Part shown: piece by piece, positions 24,376 through 35,000 of the stretch | Numbering within the stretch: position 1 is the stretch's first letter | Layout of the letters: the number at the start of each line of letters is the position of its first letter | Assembly (NCBI GenBank): GCA_000934665.2 | Contig: JYFJ02003378.1 | Location: forward strand, 1-43,151 | Source of the DNA: Catajapyx aquilonaris | Lineage: Eukaryota | Direction of reading: 5' to 3' | DNA: 43,151 bases | Made by a program: the position numbers and the translations under genes | The notes under the pieces: generated by a model | Database searches by the model: none | What the model was told of the DNA's origin: nothing | The model's input: only the letters and a program-made list of their open reading frames with translations

Positions 24376-26149
24376 CAATACCAATCCCTTCAATAACACA
24401 TTAATTTTGAAAATGTCAAAAGGAACATTTGTTCAAAAAACCCATGGGGATTTAGACCTTCAGCCAGTGTAAATTTACACAACAGATAATGAAATCCAGC
24501 CATCTCTACATTGCCCTGCAAGCACAACTTACATTCACACCCCTCCCTGTGGTGAAGGAATCATTGTTATCAGCTATACAGAAGACCCTTATCTGATGGT
24601 AATACCTGACTGTTCCAGATGCAGTCTGGACGAAATCCCAGAGCAAATGTTCACAATCCCGAACATTGAATTTAAATGGGTTTCCTTGGCACTGCCATGG
24701 TTTTGATGTGGTCTTGGTTTCCCCCCCCCCTTTTTCACAATCCATCGGTAACAATATGAATCAAGACACATTTACATGTGCACGATTTCATGAGCGATGT
24801 TGCAGCCATTTGTTTGGGGCGAAAATATATTGTTACCACAATATTGTTACTTTTCCTCAGCTATGTACAGTACATCTCTGCACATCGCTGACCCAATCGC
24901 TCACATGTAAATGCATCTTAATAAAGTTTTGTCAATTTAAAAGGCATCCGACTTTGATCATAGCCGAGGCCAGCCCCATGCAATTCATACGATACAGTAG
25001 GTGAATATAAAAGTCTCCGTCTGCGACTATGGCGCATCCCCACAGGGATCTTGTGGTTCGGGTGGACGCTCTTGACGCATTAACCAATCCGAACCATTCT
25101 TTCCACTGCATCTGGGTCTGGAGGACATTCTCAGATCGCCAATCAGCCACCCGAACTGTGGGGCGTGCCAGCACCAAATTCCAGGCTGGGGGAGACTTTC
25201 ATATTCAACAACAGGCACCATATGGCTAGGTAGGGAGTTGGCGGAGCGTTGGGAGAGGCATAGCGGCCTATGCAACGTAATCTTTCCCTGCCTCCATCCC
25301 CACCATTGTTAGAATAACGTGCAGGTTATTGACTTCTGGCCAACCTTTGCAGTGTTTTTAATTTTTACAGGCCCCGCCTGCAGTCACCACCACAGCGCAA
25401 TAACAAAATGACTGGAGAAGGAGGCCATGGATTGCGAGGATATATTATAGCTATGGCGTCCTACAGAAGAGATGTGACTGCACTTGATATCGTGTTTCTA
25501 GCCCAGCTCAGTTAGCCATGATCAGTATCAAGCTCACCTGGCTGCATCAGAGCTGGACAGAAGGTATGTCTCTTATTCCCTGCCCATGACAGTAGCCGTA
25601 TGGAACAGGGCGCAGGTCAGCCGAGCTTTCCGCCTGCATCAAATCAGCTGGAATCTACGCAGCATAGAAGAAACCCGGCCATGAGGTTTCTTCACTCCGC
25701 AAGCAACCTTGCGGAGTGAAGAAACACATTCAAGGCACCTTCCGTCAATCCAACCACGCTCCAAACTCTTAGCCATGGCCACTAGGCCTAGCCCTTTTCC
25801 TCATGGGGCAACACAACAGATCCCTTACCCTGTGCCCACAATGCAAACCACCAGCAGACGAACCACCATCCTCCAGAGTCTGGGGGGACGGAACGAGCCG
25901 GCTCTGGGCCGAGAGAGCGAAGGGCCCGTGACCCCGCCGGGGGTGGCGGCGAGGCCTGTTGGCCTTCCACCCACACCCCCGACAGAATGGAAATCAAAGT
26001 GTCCCGCCGGGCTTAGGAAGTGTGCCCGGGTGTTCCAAAAGGTGATGCACCGGAGGGGGGGAGGAGGAGCGGGGAGGGAGGAGAGGGGAAGGGTGGGGGG
26101 AATTTACACACACACACACACACGCTGTATAGAGAAGCCCCCGATCCGC

Positions 26150-26615
26150 GTTCAGAATATTTCTTTCCCTTCCCTTTGCGCTTTGCCTTTCCTATCTCTA
26201 CGCGCATCGGGGGATACGCACACACGGCTTCTCTCCCTCTCGTCGCATCATCACAGATGGGCTTCAGTTTAAACCTATTTGTATTAAAACAAATTAAGAA
26301 GATTTTTTACTAATTACATGGACGATATGCCACGGGCTTAGAACCCGGTTTTGACATTTATTTACACATTCACGTTGACACACGCGTGCGTGTGACTATC
26401 TGCGCATGCGTTGCTGGCTATGCGTGACACGTTGGTTGAGGTTGTAAAAATTGGAACACGCCAAAAATTCGCACGTGAAAAATGAAAACGCACGGTAGCG
26501 TACATTTAAAAAAATTCGTATGTATTCATTGAATTACAGTGTTGTAAACCAAGATTACAGGTCATATTCACTGGTGACTTTATCTTGCAGGCACAGTTTT
26601 TCAAGATGAACACAT
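26150..26615 (+). repeat. Diverged direct repeat, copy 1 (partner at 31302-31761); overlaps the inferred BRD10-like promoter
   Basis: Collinear shared blocks: gttcagaat, ctctacg..cggggg.tacgca.acac, gggctta.aacccggttttg, ttcattgaattacagtgttgtaaac, tacaggtcatattcactggtgactt(t)atcttgcaggcaca, tcaagatgaacacat. Confidence 0.85.
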
Positions 26616-27317
26616 CGGGGCATATCTTGTTGAGCATGAACCCTTTTGATAATAATGGACCTTACTTTTGACTCATCTGTGCATCTGTGTGTGTAAGTTT
26701 GTAGCTTGCTCCTTTATTTATTTTTCAATCACTGACACGTGTGAACCAATCTTCCAGTTGCGATAATTTAATCATGCAGGCTATATAATTAACCAGTTTG
26801 CCGCGTTTCAGAATTGACAATGCGCATGTGAAAAAACTACCACTGTGTAGTCATATATGTTTGGCGACGCTGTGCTCCTGAGGCCACAGTGGTTTTCACC
26901 CTTCGAGAGTTGAAAAGAGAAGTCTGGTTGAGCTTTGCTGATCAAGGGAAGGGAGTTCTGGAGCCTGTCTCTGCCAATGTATATTACACAGGAAATAGTG
27001 CGCACTGTTGTTCTGCAATTGGAGAGTCACGCATTATTATGCTGCACGACCATTGTTGGGTTATTCCAGGGCATGTCAACCGAAAAGAAAAATTATTCAG
27101 AATGTCACCATGTCTCATTTGCATGAAAATTTTGGCAAACAGTAATTTAATCACGATAGTAGTGTAAAATGCATTTTTTGTTTTCCCTTGTTACGAGGGC
27201 AGTCTTAACAAATTGTGACTGTTTGTGTGTAAAGAGATGACTCGCTGTGAGGGGCATCATGTTCAGAATGGATTGAAGTATTAGATCACCAATTCCTGTT
27301 TGAATATGCCACGATCC

Positions 27318-27400
27318 CGGGGAGGTGTGGTGGCCGAGATGGTAACGTCTCGGCTTGCTGAGTGAATGGTCCCAGGTTCGATCCCCATCTGGGAGCTCCC
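27318..27400 (+). mobile_element. tRNA-derived SINE head (3' extent unclear)
   Basis: A box tggccgagatgg (27331-27342) and B box ggttcgatccc (27375-27385); no convincing cloverleaf. Confidence 0.6.
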
Positions 27401-28249
27401 TTTCACCTGCGTCAGGAGGGTCTCTGTCCTGCACCTTGGAGGTGTCTGGCAACCTAACCTCCTGGGGGACTGCACATGACCCCATATCAGACATTGCACT
27501 TGCACCCATGTTCCCTCCCCAAAAAATCCTCATCCTTACCCCCATGTCCTTTCATCCTTGCACTGCAGTTAGAAGAAAAATCAGAAAATTGAAGGAAAAA
27601 TGGTGGCATTCTACCCCCCTGTAAGGGCCTCTATATATCAGGGGAGAGTTTTCAAGTAGTGTTTGAAACCGGCAACCATGTGACGTCGGGCGAAAGCGGC
27701 ACGCACAGCTTGTTTATGCTACCAGTCGCTGAAACATTGCACCAAATTTGCGTGATTTGCGCTCGGCCTTAAAGTCATTCTGGACACCATGCCACTTACC
27801 ACGAGTCACGCACTAATTCTCATTATCACATAAACAATCAGTCTCAATTTGTTTTGACTTGCCCTCGCATGTCCAGGGCAACTATGAAATCAAGGTAAAA
27901 AAATTTATGGAGTTTACTATAATAATCAGTCCCTCCTGCCATATCTCAGGAACTACTCACTCTATCTCAATGTACAGGGTGTAAATGAAATAATTGCACA
28001 TTATTTTAGGAATGATAGAGTGACTCTAAAGAAACATATTTTGCCAATACACACGTGATGCCGCAGAAGCATTATGTCAGAAAACGAGGATTTCTCATGC
28101 ATCATACCATAGTAACCACCTTGCTGACTATGGTTATTAACATTTACACATTCACTCATGCATTTTGCTGACTGTGAAGACCTGTGCCAGAAAGTTCAAT
28201 TAATACTAACAGTATACCACACTGTCCTGGTTTTGTTACAGCCTGTGTC

Positions 28250-30115
28250 ATGGCAGCCTCACTCCCAAATCATCTGCCAGAGTCCTTCGACAATTGTAAC
28301 AGAGATTGTACAGAAGAGAGCGAGACAACTTCTGATGGCACAGAGATGGGGATTAGTGTCCCTGACTCTCATCATTTGGACATGTTGCGCCAACTGGATG
28401 ACTTCCGCCACTCCTCCATTTTCTGTGATGTCGATCTGATATGCGAAGATGGGACTTCTCTTAAGGCCCACCGAGCCATACTTGCAGCATCCAGCCCCTA
28501 CTTCAAGGCCATGTTTTCTGGGGGGCTGGCGGAAGAGGGGCAGTCTCGGGTTCCCATACATGGGGTGTCGTCTGCATCAATGAAGATGCTGGTTGATTGT
28601 GTGTATACTGGACGCATGGAGAAGTTGTGTCAAGGTAATGTGGGGGAGGTGGCCGCGGCAGCCAACATGCTTCAGATACACACGGCTGAAGCCCTGTGCA
28701 CCAAGTTCATGAGCCAACATCTGGACAAGTCCAATGCAATTGGTGTGCACAGATTCGCCACTGCATATAACTACACCAAGTTGGCAAATTTGGCCTCCAG
28801 ATTTATTGAGGACAACTTTGATGCTGTTTCTACTTCAGAAGAGTTTATGAATCTGTCAAAGGAGGATCTGCCACAGTACTTGATGAGCAGTAAAATAAAC
28901 TGCGGTAAAATAAACTGCCGTAGGGAGGGAAAAGTCTTGAGAGCTGTAATTGCCTGGATTGAAAAGTCGGTAGAGGAGAGGCGGATGTATGCACATGAAC
29001 TGTTGGAGTGTGTAAAGTTAGCAATGATACCATACAGCACCATTTATGACACCATGTGCAATGATGCTGCCCTGAAAAGCATTCTGAAGTGTAAGTTTGG
29101 GGATGTGGGAAAGAACTCTGAATCAGTGGTAGCAGGAAAATCTGGGATCACAACTGTCATATATGTAGTTGGAGGGTGGGAGTATGACACAAGGCAACTG
29201 ACACCAGGAAGAAGATATCCGAATATGATACTATCCAGAACTGTGTGGTACTTAAACATGCTTTGTGGCACGTGGCACAAGTCAGAGGGTGTGGGGTTCA
29301 GTGATGACCGGCATATTACTCGAGAGAATCCTAGCATTGCTGCCATTGGATTTACTGTTTACCTGGTAGGTGGTATCTCTGAAGATGGGGAATGGTTGGA
29401 CTCGTATGATTTTTACCACACAAGTGAGGAAACTTTGTTTAAGGGTGAGGGCAGACTGGAAGTCGGACGTTTTTATTTTGGCCTGCAAGAATTAAATGGC
29501 TGCTTATATGCATTTGGTGGAAGAGATCGGAATTGGACTCCCCTTGGGAGCATTGAAAAGCTTGATCCCAAGAATGGTGAATGGCATGTGATTGGCCACA
29601 TGCCCAAAGCAAGATATCTCATGAGTATTGTTTCTTATGGAGGTCTGATTTATGTGATAGGTGGGCAGGATCATTCACATGTTCATTCGAAAGAGTTGAT
29701 GTCTTACAATCCAGAAACAAAAGAGTGGAAAACACATGCTCCCTGGTTGAATCCACGCTCGAGCGTGGGAGTTGCTGTCCTTGATGGCCACGTGTATGTT
29801 GTGGGTGGAATTATAAGTGTTGGGGAAGACATATTACCTTCAGATGCAGTGGACAGGTATTCTTTTGAGAGAAACGAGTGGACAACGATCCCTCCTTTGA
29901 AGCAGGGGATCATGAGCCCAGGAGTGGCAGCTGCTAATGGCTGCCTGTATGTTCTTGGTGGACAAGTGAGAGGGGAGAATGGGGGGGTGGAGATGACTTC
30001 TGATGTTGTGTATTATAATCCCGAGACTGGTGAATGGAACTCAGGGATATCAATGCCAAAACCCCATTGTGAGTTTGGAGCATTTACAGTACAATATTGG
30101 ACTGCCCAATATTGA
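28250..30115 (+). CDS. Kelch-like protein (BTB-BACK-Kelch, probable Cullin3 adaptor), 621 aa, intronless CDS
   Basis: BTB motif DVDLICEDGTSLKAHRAILAASSPYFKAMF, a BACK region, and six Kelch GG motifs (IYVVGG, VYLVGG, LYAFGG, IYVIGG, VYVVGG, LYVLGG). First in-frame ATG at 28250 follows an acceptor at 28240-28241; a probable 5' UTR donor is at 27895. Confidence 0.92.
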   Translation: MAASLPNHLPESFDNCNRDCTEESETTSDGTEMGISVPDSHHLDMLRQLDDFRHSSIFCDVDLICEDGTSLKAHRAILAASSPYFKAMFSGGLAEEGQSRVPIHGVSSASMKMLVDCVYTGRMEKLCQGNVGEVAAAANMLQIHTAEALCTKFMSQHLDKSNAIGVHRFATAYNYTKLANLASRFIEDNFDAVSTSEEFMNLSKEDLPQYLMSSKINCGKINCRREGKVLRAVIAWIEKSVEERRMYAHELLECVKLAMIPYSTIYDTMCNDAALKSILKCKFGDVGKNSESVVAGKSGITTVIYVVGGWEYDTRQLTPGRRYPNMILSRTVWYLNMLCGTWHKSEGVGFSDDRHITRENPSIAAIGFTVYLVGGISEDGEWLDSYDFYHTSEETLFKGEGRLEVGRFYFGLQELNGCLYAFGGRDRNWTPLGSIEKLDPKNGEWHVIGHMPKARYLMSIVSYGGLIYVIGGQDHSHVHSKELMSYNPETKEWKTHAPWLNPRSSVGVAVLDGHVYVVGGIISVGEDILPSDAVDRYSFERNEWTTIPPLKQGIMSPGVAAANGCLYVLGGQVRGENGGVEMTSDVVYYNPETGEWNSGISMPKPHCEFGAFTVQYWTAQY

Positions 30116-31301
30116 TGTGAAAGTGTCTCAATGCAGTCTTATGGTTTTTTTCAATCCGACAATGTGATGAGAGGATAATATGAGTTCACAGGATGGATTC
30201 ACTATTTTATCCAAACCTCCATTTTAGTAGGTAATGATTTAAAATGTTAAAACTCCTTACCTATTTTGTTGGAATGGTTGCACTGTGGTGTTGGATCATT
30301 AATGAAGTGTCATACTTTTGTATGCTGAGAGATATTTGCATAATTATTTGATAACAGTATAAGAACAACATCCCTTGCAGCCATCCCCATATAGTGGCCT
30401 AATATCCATGATGTAGGAAGAAGGTTTGAATAAATTGGTCACAAGCAATAATTTCAATGCCTCTTATTAATTCAGTGGGTTATTATTATTAATGAGAAAT
30501 TAGAAAGTGTGTACCCAGTATTGTTAAGGCGAAATTAATCTGATTTGTGTTGTTATATTTTGATCTTTGAAAACCGGAAATAAAGAATGGTTTTTTTTAC
30601 TATTAATCAGATATTAATTTTTGTACCCTTGGCAAGCATTGATGAAGTGAAAGTATATCCCTTCTCCAACTGGGTATGACAAGATGGCACATTCTTCGGG
30701 AGAGATCCTCTGAGGTGGGTACTCGTGACTATACCAAGGGCAACATGAAATGTTGGTGTGGGAGTTCACTTGCCAAAGTGCCCAAGTCTACTGATTTAGA
30801 CCTTCAATAGACCTATTAGATGATGTTTATGCCACTATAGGTGAGTATAAGGATGCCTTATGAGCATCATAAACCGAGAAACTCTTAGTTGAGCAATTAC
30901 GCCTATATGCAGTTTTTAGTCTCTCCTGAAAAATTTCACCTCATAGCCCTTTGGGAAGTGACGTCTTCAATTTTATTTGTACATTCTTTTGATGTAAACC
31001 TATCAAGCAATTTTGTATTGTGCAACTTGTTGTAGATCATTGTTTGGTGTGCGTTGTACTCGACAAATCATGAGCCAGTAAGAACTTTGTGAGAATGCAG
31101 TACCTGACATTATTTTTCATTTTGCAGGAAAGATTGATCAATGTAATTGATTCATGACAGGACAAAATAAATGCGAATGGCAAGACATGTGATAAGGACT
31201 GGTTCCCATTATTTGTTGCTGCTGATCTGTTTGCATGTTTGAGTGGGAATGAACCAAAGAGCACCTAAGGCTACTAAGGCCATCACAGGTTATGAAGATG
31301 G

Positions 31302-31761
31302 GTTCAGAATTGTTGTTATTTCCTCCCTCTGCCTTCTACGCTCTACGTGCTTCGGGGGGCTACGCAGACACTGCTTCTCTACCTCTCATCACATTACATC
31401 AACCGGGCTTTAGTTAAAAACCGAAAGAAAGTAAATAAACTAGCACAATTTTTGCTAATCACACGTATAATATGCCATGGGCTTAAAACCCGGTTTTGGA
31501 ATCATTTGCACATCCACGTACATAGGCGCACTGGTGCTGCCAATATATTGCGAATGAATGACACCCAGTTGAGTTTGTAAAAATTTGAACGTGCCAAAAT
31601 TTCGCCACGAAAACAATGCTGTAATGCAAATAAAATGCTACATGTTACATTAAAAAATTGGTTTATTTTCATTGAATTACAGTGTTGTAAACAATGCTAC
31701 GACTACAGGTCATATTCACTGGTGACTTATCTTGCAGGCACATTTCTCAAGATGAACACAT
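31302..31761 (+). repeat. Diverged direct repeat, copy 2; contains a minus-strand AATAAA at 31662-31667, a probable polyA signal of the gene to the right
   Basis: Aligns by eye with 26150-26615. Confidence 0.85.
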
Positions 31762-32048
31762 TTCAATCTCTAATAGGTTTTTAAAAACTACAATCTCTCC
31801 CTTACGTTTAGAACAGAAATATTTTTTAAAAATGCAATGGATGGATGTAACTGGACGGAAAAGTTTAACAAGATATGTTTCTTTTCATCAGTGACAGGCT
31901 TTGGGAATGAAACGTTTACTGGACGGAGCATGTCGAGATCGCGATGCTTTCTGGGCACTATTAAAAAATACAATGTTTGGAAGTGTCTTCAGTTGGTAAT
32001 AGCTATCGCATTTTAACTCCAGTATAAAAAGTCCGTATTAATCACTCA

Positions 32049-35000
32049 TCAGCGAGCCAGTAGACAAACTGCTATTGAAACTATTGCAATCCAGGCAGCA
32101 GGCGAGTTTGAAACTCCTGAATCTCCAAATCTGAAGACACGTCTGTGGGCTTCTTCCACGGTCCATGGGTTCTCTCCGTCATTAAAATACATGGGGCATT
32201 GGTCACCTGCAAATGGTATGCAACAGTAAGAGCAAATATATCTTTCCTTCTGATTTCAGAAAGCGATTAAAATACATATTTATGCTTGGCTAATTAATGA
32301 AACCTGAGACACTCACGCTCTCTCTCATACTCATCCATGACGAGAGAGACGCCAGCTCCCTCTGTGTAGTTCCAGCTGCCGACATCCTGGTTTAGGTTGC
32401 AGAAGGGCCCCACTGATTGCGACATGATGACCCTGTTGAGGTCAGCTCTTTGGTACACCCAGCATCGGTACTTGCTGAATGCATCCAGTTCGTCGTAGGT
32501 AATTAGGTATGACTTCAGGTTTTCCTTCCAGTATCCTATGCACTTCATGCGGTAGTCCGGATCACCTTAATAAAAAAATGTAACAATGCTTAGTGCCTGT
32601 AATGAAATGATTATTTCAGGTGATCATGCAAGAACATGCAAAGCAGGTGTAACACCGAGCGGCAGAAAAGCGCAGTGATGAAGGGAAAGTGAGCTACACA
32701 ACCGCACCAGAAATGTATGTGTGAAATGCATGGAAAATAGGATCCATCATGGGTAGATAAGCCCTTATGCCCTTCTGGATTAATGATGCCATGTTTATTA
32801 AAGCCAATGCCTGTATGATTAAGTGGCTCACTTTCACTTGACTCCACTTTATGTGTTACCAACACTAGGAAAAACTAAAATCTAAGTGCTCAGTTACAGG
32901 TTTTATCACAGTCACCAGATTGTTATTATAATACGTATAAGATCTTTATAAAAGCACGAGCATGAAAGTGCTATAGAGGTACTAGGTGGAACAAAAGCAT
33001 ATTCACTGATGCTGGCCCCCTTTTTACTTCGACTTCAAGTGTAGCAAGGAATCAAGTTTCCTGTCAGAAAACGCATAATGGGCCACACCTTCAAAATTCA
33101 AAAATATGACAGAAATTGTCAGCTAACTGTTGTTCGACCCAGTCCGTATCAAGACCCACACAAAATAAATCATCGCCTTCCACTTCAGCCTTCTTTTAGT
33201 AGGGTCCCATTCATTAAATACACCTCATCGACTCTCTCGACTTTCCTAACTCTACATCTCTTACTATCACCCTCAGAATGCAACTATTTATAATGGGACC
33301 CACAATATTACATTTTTGTGAGAAATTAACCCCATTCTCTCAACTATAAGTATAATATTTTTATGCAGTTGAGTAGCAAATAAGAGCTGACAACTGAACA
33401 TATGTAGTTAAAGTTATCCACAGTTATTAGTATTTTTAGACACAAATAAAAGCAATATGTACAAACAAAAAATACACAGCACATAATTGCAGTTTAAAAT
33501 CATGTAAAAACAACATCCCTGCCCTAATACATATTGCATTGTATATATTTTAAATACAAAAATCCTCACAAGTTATTGTCCAATAATCTTCACCCAATTT
33601 TTTTTAGATACATCACCACCAAGAGTTGAAGTGAACCCTCACCTCATCACTCACACTCAAAATCACAAGCATTCAAAATCCATGCGCTGCTGGTTGTATT
33701 GGATTAATTTAAAATAAAAATGTTAAAAACTCGTGCTGTTACTGTCACATGAACCTCGGTCAGCTTCAAATTTTCTATTTGGACCATCAAAAAAAATTTC
33801 AATGGCATGCTTTTTGAAGCTCATACAGCATTTTAAAAATTCAAGTTCATCCTATATTTTTCGGGACAATACCCCTTTAATATCGCCCAAACGAAGCACG
33901 TGGATTTTTATTACCATTGATAAACCTCAATCACACCATGAACATCAAATTAGTGCCAGAGAATCCCTCAGTCATTAAACTCAATTTTGACAATATGAAA
34001 ATAAATAAATAATAAATCCATAACCTAAAAAAAAACACTGCAGAAGAAATTAGGTATAAGACACGAAAGCATAGAAGCCACATCACATGTACACAGTAAG
34101 CATATTTACATAGCCAAGTGGTCGTCAACCATTTTGGAGTCATGGAACCCTCTAGCTTTTCACCAAATTTTGCCTGACTTCTCAGATCAAACCCTGCGTG
34201 ACCCAATTTTTCAAACACTGCACGATGCTCCATTCTCAGGTTATTAAAAGGCAGTTGTGAGTCTGGTAGTACACTAAGTACTCGTTTTACGCACCTGCAT
34301 TTTATGCCGTTTCACATTAACAACGGTTTGAAAACAATGTTTTAACAATTTTTCATTGAAAAGTGGTTAACAATTTGACGATAACAACACAATTTAAACA
34401 TAACCACATCACCATCATAAATTCTCTTTTTTGTTTTTAGTGGTGCCTGTGGCGGGGTCTATCGATAAATACAGTACTCGGCACTCTCCGAAGTCTGTTA
34501 AATACCCTCTTCTGCAGTTCTTGCCAAAAGAAAAGAGATCTCAGAACCCGATAAGCCACGACTTGGAACCTCCCATCAAATGTGCATAATAAATGTTTCA
34601 AATAGTTGGCACTAAAATCAGCAATTTAAGGACAGTACTGTCTGAGAGAAAATTTACGAAATCTTGGAACCTATCTCATTTCCTTCCATTATAATTTTGT
34701 CTCGTTTTACGCCTTTTCACTTAATGTCTTTTCACTTTACGTCACATTTTGCTGCAACCAATTACCAGCGTAAAACGGGTCCTACCTACATAATATGTAT
34801 AAATTGTCAACAGAACAATTTCCATGATAAGTTCAAATGTAGCGGAAACCTGTGTATTACAGAAAGTTTTCACAAAATGGAGCAATTCCACATACTTAAT
34901 ATTGACCAATTAGCTCTATGGAGCCCTTCAGACACACCAAAGGATACTGGAAGTCAGAAGCCCACCAGCTGAAGACCACCATTTTAACATATACAGGAAG

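Noticed and set aside
25709..26313. 187 aa and 97 aa plus-strand ORFs
   Set aside because: GC-rich promoter/5' UTR region containing a CA repeat, with no domain features.
27318..27400. Functional tRNA gene (also considered at 42965-43040)
   Set aside because: A and B boxes are present but there is no convincing cloverleaf; the copy at 42965 continues into a SINE-like body.
28184..28249. N-terminal extension of the Kelch ORF from GTG
   Set aside because: Non-ATG start lying upstream of an intron acceptor at 28240-28241.
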